From NCBI GenBank assembly GCA_964385285.1, contig CAYLOJ010000004.1, forward strand, positions 7,736-71,735: a DNA stretch of 64,000 nt, in the 5' to 3' direction. A model generated the notes under the pieces. The model searched no databases. It saw only the letters and a list, made by a program, of their open reading frames with translations, and was not told where the DNA came from. The translations under genes were made by a program, and so were the position numbers. Position 1 is the stretch's first letter. Each line of letters opens with the position of its first letter. Shown here in pieces: positions 40,374-49,085 of this stretch. This DNA is from an uncultured Gammaproteobacteria bacterium (GTDB taxonomy: Bacteria; Patescibacteriota; Patescibacteriia; UBA9570).

Positions 40374-41021
40374 ATGACCGCACTCACAAAAAAGAAAAAA
40401 CAGATTCTAGACTTCATCGGAGAATTCCAACAAGCTAAAGGCTACTACCCTACTCTGGAAGAAATCCGCAAACAGTTTCACCTCAATAGTCTATCTACTG
40501 TCCATCAACATCTCTCTGAACTGCAAGATTTAGGAATGATCGAACGTAACTACGGCAAAGCCCGCGACATGAAAGTTGCGATGGAAAGTAAAGTTGGCGG
40601 TAAAAACATCTATAAGACCAGTGCCGAGCCTTATCAAGTGGGGGCCAGCGCTGAACTACATATTGCTGGTTTAATTACTGCTGGGTACCCAATTGAAGCA
40701 GTCGAAGACACTACTGAAACTCTTACAGTGCCCCGCCACATGATCGATAATAAAAACGCTTACGTCTTGAAAGTAAAAGGTGATTCCATGATTGAGAGTT
40801 TAATTGCGGATGGTGATTACGTTGTAGTGCAAAAACAGGACTATGCTAGTGATGGCGATATTGTAGTCGCTTTGCTCGAAGATGGTTCGGCCACTCTGAA
40901 AGAATTCCACCGAGAAAAAAACTATGTGCGCTTACAGCCGCGCAATCAGAACTATAAACCCATTAAAGTACGCAATGTCGTCATTCAGGGTCGCGTACTA
41001 GGAATCATTCGCAAATATTAA
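40374..41021 (+). CDS. lexA: LexA repressor (SOS regulator, S24 peptidase)
   Basis: N-terminal wHTH. C-terminal VKGDSMIES (Ser), TLKEF (Lys) and the Ala-Gly cleavage region HIAGLITAG. Confidence 0.85.
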   Translation: MTALTKKKKQILDFIGEFQQAKGYYPTLEEIRKQFHLNSLSTVHQHLSELQDLGMIERNYGKARDMKVAMESKVGGKNIYKTSAEPYQVGASAELHIAGLITAGYPIEAVEDTTETLTVPRHMIDNKNAYVLKVKGDSMIESLIADGDYVVVQKQDYASDGDIVVALLEDGSATLKEFHREKNYVRLQPRNQNYKPIKVRNVVIQGRVLGIIRKY

Positions 41022-41029
41022 ATTGAGTT

Positions 41030-41335
41030 ATGTCGTATTCTTCTACTAGTACAGTTCCAATTGAGATGTTACCTGGCATCGGCCGTCGCACTGCTAAAGT
41101 GTTGCGCTCCATGCACATCCGCACTGTTGGTCAATTCAAAACACTACCAGAAAAGATGTTGGTTGAGATCTTTGGACCAAGCATCCGCACACTTTACACT
41201 GCTGTCCATGGCATGGAATATGCTTCCGTAGCGACACGACCGAATGTACAACCCAATGTACGTACAGTAAAAGCAATTAAAAATCTAAGCTTCACAAAAA
41301 AATTCCGCTTGGCTACACAGGTGTTGATGATGTAA
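41030..41335 (+). CDS. 101-aa protein matching only the HhH/thumb region of Y-family DNA polymerases (DinB/ImuB-like). Probable gene remnant or stand-alone HhH protein.
   Basis: LPGIGRRTAKVLRSMHIRTVGQF...LVEIFGPSIRTLYTAVHG resembles the DinB (IPGVGK..KL...GI.T.GDL...L...FG) thumb. No palm or fingers are encoded, and only 9 nt separate it from the lexA stop. Confidence 0.4.
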   Translation: MSYSSTSTVPIEMLPGIGRRTAKVLRSMHIRTVGQFKTLPEKMLVEIFGPSIRTLYTAVHGMEYASVATRPNVQPNVRTVKAIKNLSFTKKFRLATQVLMM

Positions 41336-41345
41336 GCCGCGAACG

Positions 41346-42134
41346 TTAAAACAACTTTTCTTGGTAGGCAGACGTCTGTTCACTTTCTGTGAGGTTGAGA
41401 ATTTTGTCCAATAAGTAAGTTTGTCGATCATTATCGGTGTAGGAATAGACCGTGACCGATTGATCGTTCAGATCTAATAGATCAACACGCGTGTGATGAA
41501 TCTGACGGTTTGTTTCTGTTTGCTGTAGTAGATCAATGGTGACTTGTTGGTGCTTCTTAAATGCCTCTGCTAAGCGTTGAAATATAGTCGGTTCATCTGA
41601 CCAACTCGTAGGCATGCGAAAACTATCTCCTCCTGATGTGTATAAAATGTAGCCATGGTTAACCCCATACTCATAGACATCTTTTGTAATGCGCACATCA
41701 TCTAAACAGTATTTCGCTAATGCCTTCATGTTTCCCTCCCGATAATACCGAATGGCATCTAATCCACTGCCGGATTTTCCTTCTCCTAGCGTAGCTTGAG
41801 CGACACTTTCCAGTTTCATACGAAACCCGAGTGTATTATAAATATCAGCCAAAATATCCACTTGTGGTAAAGCAGAGATATTGAGGGTTCTAAAGTAGGG
41901 TTGAATAACGACGTTATCAAAATTGATTGAATTGAAACCAATAATGGTTGGTTTCTCGGCGTTTAAAATCATCTCTAGTTTTGGAATGTCTTGTTCAAAA
42001 AAACTGAAATATTGTTTTTGCGTGTAGGAATAGAGCCCAAGAAATGAAACGCCCAATTCAGCATTTTTTCCAAATCCGCCAACTTCCGCAAAGGTTTTTT
42101 TAGTTTCTAAATCGTAAACAATGGTTGGGCCCAT
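41346..42134 (-). CDS. DEDDy-type 3'-5' exonuclease (RNase H-like, PolB-exonuclease/YprB-like)
   Basis: IVYDLETKK (Exo I), IGFNSINFDNVV (Exo II), YCLDDVRITKDVYEYG (Exo III, Y-x3-D). Confidence 0.55.
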   Translation of the reverse strand: MGPTIVYDLETKKTFAEVGGFGKNAELGVSFLGLYSYTQKQYFSFFEQDIPKLEMILNAEKPTIIGFNSINFDNVVIQPYFRTLNISALPQVDILADIYNTLGFRMKLESVAQATLGEGKSGSGLDAIRYYREGNMKALAKYCLDDVRITKDVYEYGVNHGYILYTSGGDSFRMPTSWSDEPTIFQRLAEAFKKHQQVTIDLLQQTETNRQIHHTRVDLLDLNDQSVTVYSYTDNDRQTYLLDKILNLTESEQTSAYQEKLF

Positions 42135-42150
42135 AGGTAATCTATTCCAA

Positions 42151-42915
42151 TTAACGTGGCGTGTGTTTTAGTTGCTCAATAAACTGCTTGGCTTCCGCAG
42201 AGCGAGGACAAATTTCTAAGAAGTCACAGTGCTTGCACCGTGAACTAATTTTTGGCTCAAGTTGCTGATCTGCACGAATTAAATTTACCTTCTCGATCAA
42301 TTCTTCGGTAATGGGCTCAAACAGATCATCTGAGATATCAATACTATACCATTGATTTGTGGCTAAGTAGAGGTAAGAGGCTTTATACACAGGGATGGAT
42401 TGATTCGCGCGCACAATCATTGCGTAAATGGCTAATTGATCCTCTGAAACTTCATCCTCCTTAAACTGACCGGTTTTATAATCAATCACATGCAACCCTT
42501 CCGCATCTTGGTCTACCCGATCGATGCGGCCTAGCACCTTAATATCTGAGGCAATCTCTGTGTCATAGTAATCCTCCAACATCACCGGTGTCTTCATTAG
42601 ATCATTTTTGAACGTATAGAGTTTCAACATCTGCAACGCTTTTGTCCCCCACTCGCGTTCATCTGCAATATCCATGAATCCTTTTCGATTCTCTCGCCAG
42701 CGCTTGCGTAACAATGCTTCTAGCACCTGATAGTTGCGCTCAGCTGGAGCATACTGCTCGTAGAGATCCTTTAAACTATTATGAACATGGGCACCCATGG
42801 TTAAATATGGTTTGGGAGTTTTGTACTCATCCGCAATGTAATCCACATAAGTATATTTATACTGTCGTGGACAGGTTTCATACATGGTCAGCTTGAATGG
42901 TGAGATCTTGAACAT
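42151..42915 (-). CDS. Cas4-like PD-(D/E)XK nuclease with a 4-Cys Fe-S cluster signature (DUF83/RecB-family), stand-alone
   Basis: N-terminal YETCPRQYKY, catalytic GRIDRVDQD...VIDYKTG, C-terminal CKHCDFLEICP (C-x2-C-x5-C). The start ATG overlaps the stop of the upstream LCP gene. Confidence 0.65.
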   Translation of the reverse strand: MFKISPFKLTMYETCPRQYKYTYVDYIADEYKTPKPYLTMGAHVHNSLKDLYEQYAPAERNYQVLEALLRKRWRENRKGFMDIADEREWGTKALQMLKLYTFKNDLMKTPVMLEDYYDTEIASDIKVLGRIDRVDQDAEGLHVIDYKTGQFKEDEVSEDQLAIYAMIVRANQSIPVYKASYLYLATNQWYSIDISDDLFEPITEELIEKVNLIRADQQLEPKISSRCKHCDFLEICPRSAEAKQFIEQLKHTPR

Positions 42916-43871
42916 TATTTTAAATATTGATTCACGATATCTTTGGTACCTTCTTCATCCAGAATCCAATAGTACAGTGATTTCCCGAACGATGGAGTAT
43001 AGATTCTTGTGCCTTCACCAGGTAACACCTGCTCCTCCATTTCTGGAAGATCCAAACCACGATGGCCCATTATGTAAGCGACTCCAAACGCCGCTAGACT
43101 AGATTTGGAAATATCCAGGCGGGCGCGATCACTGGTCAATAGATAATCGTAGATTTTCTTTGCTGTGAATGGTGACTTGGCCTTTTGCAAAACAGCTTTA
43201 AATATTTCGCGCTGTTCAGCGGCTCGCCCAAAATCACCTTCTGCTTGTTCGAAGCGATTATGCACTAACTCTTGCGCTTCGGCGCCATCTACATGTCCTG
43301 TACTAATATCGACTCCACCTACTGAATCAACGATGTCCGTGAAACTATCAAACGTCACTTCAACCTTACCATCAATTTTAATATCTAACAGATCTTCTAC
43401 CACACTGGTAGTGAGATCAACATTGCCCATTCGATCGGTAGACTCATCCCACATCGCATAAAAATGGGTAATCTTTTGGAGGCCTTTTTCCGGATGGTCA
43501 ATTTTGGTATCGCGCGGTACCATCACTAACGACATCGGATCATTTTTAGATTTTGGAATCGAGACAATCATCAGCGCGTCGGAACGTGCATGCTCATTGT
43601 TACGCTGATCCGACCCAATCACTAAAATATGATAATAGCGCGGCTGACTGACATAAAAGCCAAATATCAAGATCGCACCAATACAGAATCCAATCAGAAT
43701 CGTTTTTAGCAACACTTTGCGCAACCAACGACGGCACCCAGAAGGCTGAGATGGTTGCGGTGCAGCAGACACGTTACTGCTAGTTTTGGCGTTTGTAGTA
43801 TTATTCGTCTTTAGCGGTTTCGGATGTAAGCTCACGGTATTTACCTTTAATGGTTTTAATCGAGTGCTCAA
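42915..43871 (-). CDS. LytR-CpsA-Psr (LCP) family cell-envelope phosphotransferase
   Basis: N-terminal TM, then ILVIGSDQR...RSDALMIVS LCP core. The annotated start overlaps xseB by ~70 nt, so the true start may be internal. Confidence 0.75.
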   Translation of the reverse strand: MSTRLKPLKVNTVSLHPKPLKTNNTTNAKTSSNVSAAPQPSQPSGCRRWLRKVLLKTILIGFCIGAILIFGFYVSQPRYYHILVIGSDQRNNEHARSDALMIVSIPKSKNDPMSLVMVPRDTKIDHPEKGLQKITHFYAMWDESTDRMGNVDLTTSVVEDLLDIKIDGKVEVTFDSFTDIVDSVGGVDISTGHVDGAEAQELVHNRFEQAEGDFGRAAEQREIFKAVLQKAKSPFTAKKIYDYLLTSDRARLDISKSSLAAFGVAYIMGHRGLDLPEMEEQVLPGEGTRIYTPSFGKSLYYWILDEEGTKDIVNQYLK

Positions 43872-44043
43872 CCTCTTCCAAGTAACTCTTGAGTTCCTGT
43901 GCTAACTTTAAGCCCTCTTCAAACTTTGTTAAACCCGTCTCTAAATTATATTTCCCACTTTCAAAATCAGCAGTAATTTTCTCTAGCGCATCATACTGCT
44001 TCTGAAAATCGAAGGATTTTTTTGTGGAGGAAGACTTGGCCAT
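43801..44043 (-). CDS. xseB: Exodeoxyribonuclease VII small subunit
   Basis: 80 aa, FEKQYDALEKI..LE.GK..LE.GL..FEEGLKLAQEL pattern. Confidence 0.75.
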   Translation of the reverse strand: MAKSSSTKKSFDFQKQYDALEKITADFESGKYNLETGLTKFEEGLKLAQELKSYLEEVEHSIKTIKGKYRELTSETAKDE

Positions 44044-44052
44044 AGGTGAGCA

Positions 44053-45141
44053 TTATAGCACCTTCGATTGTAAGCTACCATCAGCCAAAATGGTTTCCAG
44101 CGTACTACCTGGTTTTGCTTGCTCAGCCTTGGTAATCACCTCACCGTTAGCTGTACGTGTAATGCTATAGCCACGTTCTAAAATCTGCTTTGGGTTGTAG
44201 GACCGCAGCAATGCTTCTAAATGATTTACATTTTGGTGATACTGCTCCATCTGCTTAGACAGTAACGACACTGCCGTACTAATCCGTTCAGTCACTACAT
44301 GGTGGCTGGTTTGGAGAGAACGATATTGTCGCTGGACAGACATTCGTAGCTGTTCAATGACATCGCGTTTATCTGGCACCACCATCTCTGCTGCGTTCGA
44401 AGGCGTAGATGCACGTTGATCTGCCACATACTCCACTAGAGTTTCATCCCGCTCGTGACCAATTGCGGCCACCAGTGGCACCTTAAGCGCAAATGCAGCG
44501 CGCACGACTGCCTCATCATTAAATGCTTGCAGATCTTCCATGGAGCCTCCGCCACGGGTTAAAATAATCACATCCAGCTCTTTAGTGTAACTATGGTTAA
44601 TCTCCTGCAATGCTAATACGATACTAGGAACGGCTTGTGCCCCTTGTACATTAACAGGAAAGTGATAGATCTCTACTCCAGCCCAACGATTTTTTAAGAT
44701 CTTCAGCACATCTGTATAGGCTGCTGCATCGCTCGAAGTAACTAAGCCAATCCGCTTGGGAAAACGTGGTAAAGCGCGTTTGCGATCGGCGTCGAATAAT
44801 CCCTCTTTGGTCAATTTAGCTTTTAGCAATTCGTAGCCTTTCTTTAAGGAGCCCTCCCCGACGATCTGAATTTTATTAGCACGTAGATGGAATTTTCCGG
44901 ATTTCTGAAATAAGGACGGCCGACCAATCACTTGAATTTGCATGCCATCTTCCAGCGGCTGATCCAGCTGAAAGGCGAGCATAAAGCAACTCACGTAGCT
45001 GGACTCATCTTTAAGATCAAACCACACAAACCGATTTTGGGCGATCTTAAAATTACTGACCTCTCCCTGCACACAAGCGGGAATGCCGGATAACAATTCA
45101 TTAACGCCACGGACAAAATCCGAGACGGAATATACCTCCAT
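44053..45141 (-). CDS. xseA: Exodeoxyribonuclease VII large subunit
   Basis: N-terminal OB-fold (SVSDFVRGVNELL...VQGEVSNFK), central catalytic domain, 362 aa. Confidence 0.85.
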   Translation of the reverse strand: MEVYSVSDFVRGVNELLSGIPACVQGEVSNFKIAQNRFVWFDLKDESSYVSCFMLAFQLDQPLEDGMQIQVIGRPSLFQKSGKFHLRANKIQIVGEGSLKKGYELLKAKLTKEGLFDADRKRALPRFPKRIGLVTSSDAAAYTDVLKILKNRWAGVEIYHFPVNVQGAQAVPSIVLALQEINHSYTKELDVIILTRGGGSMEDLQAFNDEAVVRAAFALKVPLVAAIGHERDETLVEYVADQRASTPSNAAEMVVPDKRDVIEQLRMSVQRQYRSLQTSHHVVTERISTAVSLLSKQMEQYHQNVNHLEALLRSYNPKQILERGYSITRTANGEVITKAEQAKPGSTLETILADGSLQSKVL

Positions 45142-45143
45142 GG

Positions 45144-45440
45144 CTAGTTGCGATCTACCAGTAATTGCCCAGTGCGATTATCACTCTTCTTGGGATGATT
45201 CATCTGATAAAAATGATTGTCTACGGATGCATCTGCTCGACGGAAATGTTTGGAGGATTCATGACCAATATGTTCCTGCATCCAAGCTGAATCTTTTTCC
45301 TCTAAAAATGCAACTACTTTCTGTTCGGTGAGGTCAGGCCAAGCTGCATTCACAAAGATCTCATACCCGTTAATATGGCCCATGTATTTGTAATCCTTGC
45401 CATCGAATTCAGCGTGCTCGTATTTTGTATAGTATTCCAT
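45144..45440 (-). CDS. Hypothetical protein (98 aa)
   Basis: ORF track. Tightly packed between xseA and the HAD hydrolase gene. Confidence 0.4.
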   Translation of the reverse strand: MEYYTKYEHAEFDGKDYKYMGHINGYEIFVNAAWPDLTEQKVVAFLEEKDSAWMQEHIGHESSKHFRRADASVDNHFYQMNHPKKSDNRTGQLLVDRN

Positions 45441-45446
45441 AGAACC

Positions 45447-46019
45447 TTACAATTTAATTTCGTTAAGTGAACTAATTTGATGATGTGGGCATTGAGGAAT
45501 CGGCTCTAAATATTTACCGGCTGGTCGTGTCATCCAATAGAGTTTCACATCTGAATACACTTTGGCCACGGCCTCCAGCTCACTCGCCCGATCATCTACC
45601 ATGATCATATCAGGTTCATAGTAGTCGGCAAGGCGTTGCACTTTTGGTTCCTGTACCACTAACGTACGGATGCTGCTCGGCAACATTAACGCCTTGAGCT
45701 TTTCTGTCTGCCAAGTGCGTTCACCGAACGTCATAATCAAGGCGTCATGGCCCTTAGCAACCACCTGCTGAATAAAAGGCCAGGTATCTTTGTAGCAATA
45801 GCGACGTAGATTTTGCAACACAGCGTAAAACTGTTTACGTTCCGAATCTGAGACACCGCGCAAAAAATCTTGGGCAGAAAAAAATCCATTGTCTTTTACA
45901 AACTGGTCATAGGAACTTAACCATTGTTCACGTGAGATGCCCAAACTAGTTGATAAAGCGTAACTAAACGCCGTGGTATCCAACAATGTATAATCCAAAT
46001 CCAAGATTATTTTTGACAT
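45447..46019 (-). CDS. HAD-superfamily hydrolase
   Basis: ILDLDYTLLDT (DxDxT motif I). Confidence 0.6.
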   Translation of the reverse strand: MSKIILDLDYTLLDTTAFSYALSTSLGISREQWLSSYDQFVKDNGFFSAQDFLRGVSDSERKQFYAVLQNLRRYCYKDTWPFIQQVVAKGHDALIMTFGERTWQTEKLKALMLPSSIRTLVVQEPKVQRLADYYEPDMIMVDDRASELEAVAKVYSDVKLYWMTRPAGKYLEPIPQCPHHQISSLNEIKL

Positions 46020-46921
46020 AATCGATATAAGGCAGCAGCTAATTTTTTACCATCTATTTTGGTTGGGTCAACGGCGCGTAAATTTGCTTCATGTACTTGA
46101 ATATTTGCCTGCTCTAATCCCACCTTATTATATTGTACTAAATTCGGCGTCGTCTTATCAGTCAGAATCGTTTGATCAAGGATCAAATCGTCTAATGGCC
46201 GGCCCACATACGCACTAATCGTATTGGCATAATCCGCTGCCGTATAAGCATTCGTTTCCCCATCCTTGGTAGTACGATTACAGGCATATACTAAACGCGC
46301 CTTAGTGTGTTGTAGTGCTTGCTGCACACCGCCAACTAACACATTAGGGAGCACACTGGTGTAGAGATCGCCGATGGTAAACACCACATAATCCGCTTGT
46401 TGAATTGCTTTTAACACAGCTGGTAATGCTTGTACTTTCGGCTTGAGATAAATTTTGCGAATGGGCGAACGCTTCGCTTGATCCGGTATGTCGATGGCAG
46501 TTTCACCATGTACCACCCTGCCGCTAAATAATTTTGCGTAGAGCGTCGTAGCAGAATTCGTGACCGGTAAAACAGTGCCACGAATATTCAACCACCTCCC
46601 TAACTGCTTAGCGGCTTTTTCGATTGAACCGTGTTTTAATTCTAACCCGGCTAAAATCAAATTACCGATGGCATGACCATCCTCCAGACGATAATTAAAG
46701 AGATCAGTCCAAATCGTTTCTTCTGGTGCTAGAGCAGCAATACAACGACGAATGTCGCCGGGCGGTAAGACACCTAGATGTTCACGTAAAATACCCGTCG
46801 AGCCACCATTGTCTACCATCGAAACCACTGCAGTGATGTTAACAGGATACTTTTGCAGGTGACGCAATAATAATGATTGCCCCGAGCCCCCGCCGATAGT
46901 TACTACACGCACAGGCTTCAT
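46007..46921 (-). CDS. YvcK/CofD-like (UPF0052) gluconeogenesis factor family protein
   Basis: VVTIGGGSG...VVSMVDNGGSTGILR signature. Confidence 0.75.
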   Translation of the reverse strand: MKPVRVVTIGGGSGQSLLLRHLQKYPVNITAVVSMVDNGGSTGILREHLGVLPPGDIRRCIAALAPEETIWTDLFNYRLEDGHAIGNLILAGLELKHGSIEKAAKQLGRWLNIRGTVLPVTNSATTLYAKLFSGRVVHGETAIDIPDQAKRSPIRKIYLKPKVQALPAVLKAIQQADYVVFTIGDLYTSVLPNVLVGGVQQALQHTKARLVYACNRTTKDGETNAYTAADYANTISAYVGRPLDDLILDQTILTDKTTPNLVQYNKVGLEQANIQVHEANLRAVDPTKIDGKKLAAALYRLCQK

Positions 46922-47628
46922 GACTGTAGGTAATGTTCTAATGCTTCAATATCTTCTGGCCGACCAAGATCCATCCACGGTTGTTGCAGGCGCACTAAAC
47001 GCGCTGGATGAGTTTTGGTTAATTGATTGATCGCATCAGTAATTTCTAGCTCACCGCGTTCAGATGGTTTGATAAATTCTAGAGTTTTAAAGACATCGCG
47101 TGTTAAGGTGTATAAACCCACATTAATGTCGTTACTTGTAGGGTGAGCTGGCTTTTCCACTATTCGGGCCAAGGTATGCTGTGGAGTGTATTCAATTACA
47201 CCATAGCGCTCGGGATGGTCATGTTCAGTCACCGCAACCAGAGGTTCCAAGGTAGATTGTTGCATCGCCTGTAAATCCAATGTGCCTAGCAGATGATCTC
47301 CCATGGTATACACAAAACGATCACCTTGCAGATAAGATTTCGCTGCCAATAACGGACAAGCTGTTCCGTACTGTTCGTCCCCCAATTCTTTGATCTGATC
47401 AATGACAATTAACTCTGTATCTGTATCATAGGCTTCCACTGCTGTCTTCAGTTTATCTACAAAATGACCCCCGACAATAAACACTCGGCGATACCCTGCC
47501 ATCACAATGGAGTCTAACAAATAATACAAAAATGGTTTGCCAGCAATCGGAATAATATGTTTGGGAATGGCACTGGTATAGCCCTGCAAACGCGTACCTT
47601 TACCAGCGGCGGCAATTACAATATCCAT
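46918..47628 (-). CDS. Sugar-phosphate nucleotidyltransferase
   Basis: IVIAAAGKGTRL (G-x-G-T-R-L) motif. 236 aa. Confidence 0.7.
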   Translation of the reverse strand: MDIVIAAAGKGTRLQGYTSAIPKHIIPIAGKPFLYYLLDSIVMAGYRRVFIVGGHFVDKLKTAVEAYDTDTELIVIDQIKELGDEQYGTACPLLAAKSYLQGDRFVYTMGDHLLGTLDLQAMQQSTLEPLVAVTEHDHPERYGVIEYTPQHTLARIVEKPAHPTSNDINVGLYTLTRDVFKTLEFIKPSERGELEITDAINQLTKTHPARLVRLQQPWMDLGRPEDIEALEHYLQS

Positions 47629-48473
47629 AATTTTTTTGCGATCTTATACGCAGTATACCACATTGGCTTTAGGGGCAGTTCATAGGTTCCTGGACGAGTA
47701 ACCACCTCTCCACCAAAACCAAGTTTAAAGCGAGTAATTCCAGCGAACGGATGATTAGGTTGATCTGCGGGCGCGATACCAAACCAATCATAATAATGAT
47801 GCCCTGCGGCAGCCGCATCTTGCATGATCTGCCAATGTAGGAGGTGTGGTGCCATCACTGCCCGCTGCGCATGATCTGAACCGCCATGTAAATATGTCGC
47901 CATATCTTCATGATAGATCACCATCGCAGTGGCCACGGGTTGTTGTTGATAATAGGCTAAGTACAATTTCACCATCTGATACGAACTCAGTACTCTGAAG
48001 ATGGTTTCGTAGTAATCTTTGGCATGAAGACGAATACCCTGGGTTTGCGCAGTACTACGCAGCAACTGATAAAATAGCTCTACATCTTCAGTAGTGTGTA
48101 CGGTGACACCTTTCTTTTCCGCTAAACGAATATTGTAACGCGTCTTCTGCTTACAGCGAGCGAGCATCTGCTCAGCATCACTCAACGGTGTTACCAATGT
48201 TGTACTGGGATGCACATCTTTAATGTGTTTACCCTGCGTTGGCGCGGTCATGGGTTCATAGCGCACAAATAAAGCGCCGTCATTTAAGACATCGATCTTT
48301 TCTGGGCAAGGACCCTGCGGAATAAACCAATACCATTGCTTAGCCGGTAGTGCATATCGAATCGCGCGAATGGTGAGATCAGCCTGTTGAATCGTTTGCA
48401 CTGTTCGCCCATAGGCTGCTTGCACCTCTGCCCAAGCTGCGGTCTGCAAAAACGATGAATGATAACTACCCAT
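47616..48473 (-). CDS. FemAB-family peptidoglycan interpeptide-bridge aminoacyltransferase (short)
   Basis: KTRYNIRLAEKKGVTV and Fem-family C-terminal half. 285 aa. Confidence 0.55.
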   Translation of the reverse strand: MGSYHSSFLQTAAWAEVQAAYGRTVQTIQQADLTIRAIRYALPAKQWYWFIPQGPCPEKIDVLNDGALFVRYEPMTAPTQGKHIKDVHPSTTLVTPLSDAEQMLARCKQKTRYNIRLAEKKGVTVHTTEDVELFYQLLRSTAQTQGIRLHAKDYYETIFRVLSSYQMVKLYLAYYQQQPVATAMVIYHEDMATYLHGGSDHAQRAVMAPHLLHWQIMQDAAAAGHHYYDWFGIAPADQPNHPFAGITRFKLGFGGEVVTRPGTYELPLKPMWYTAYKIAKKLWIL

Positions 48474-49044
48474 TGCTCAAAAGACTCAACGCCTGTTTTA
48501 ACTGCTGTTCTACATTGGCAGACTTATCCAGTTGTTGTAACACCAGGCGAATCTCCGCAGTGGAATATCCAAGTTGTTGAAGAGCTTCAATCACAGTATT
48601 GGAGCTACCGCCCACTGCATCGCTAGAAACCATTCCCAATGCCAACATGGCTGGTTGCAATTCTAATACCAATCGTTCCGCAGTTTTTTTACCCACCCCA
48701 GACACTTGGGTGAGAAGAGCTTTATCTCCATCAATGATGGCTTGCCGCACAGATGCAGCTGAAAGATCAGACAAAATAGATAACCCCACTTTGGGACCTA
48801 CTCCAGAAACACTGATCAACTGTTCAAAAACATCGAGGTCGGCAGCAGTAGCAAAACCATATAGATCATTAACGTCTTCTCGAATGACATGATGGAGATA
48901 ACATTCAATGTCTGCGCCCGGTTGTGCAGCTGACAATTGTGTTGTGGGTACAAATATTTTGTAGCCAATGTCATTGACCACGACGATCAAATAGCGTTTG
49001 AGCGGCTGGATCAGTTGAATTTTACCTCGTAAGTAACCTAACAT
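48466..49044 (-). CDS. ruvA: Holliday junction DNA helicase subunit RuvA
   Basis: MLGYLRGKI N-terminus, HhH pair VSGVGPKVGLSILS. Confidence 0.8.
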   Translation of the reverse strand: MLGYLRGKIQLIQPLKRYLIVVVNDIGYKIFVPTTQLSAAQPGADIECYLHHVIREDVNDLYGFATAADLDVFEQLISVSGVGPKVGLSILSDLSAASVRQAIIDGDKALLTQVSGVGKKTAERLVLELQPAMLALGMVSSDAVGGSSNTVIEALQQLGYSTAEIRLVLQQLDKSANVEQQLKQALSLLSNG

Positions 49045-49048
49045 GGCC

Positions 49049-49078
49049 TTGATTATAACACATTTTTTTAGTATAATG
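49049..49078 (+). promoter_or_regulatory. Promoter for the CPA2 antiporter gene (TTGATT-18-TATAAT), leaderless-type
   Basis: TTGATT at 49049-49054 and TATAAT at 49073-49078. The ATG at 49086 is 7 nt after the -10 box. Confidence 0.45.
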
Positions 49079-49085
49079 TAGTCTT

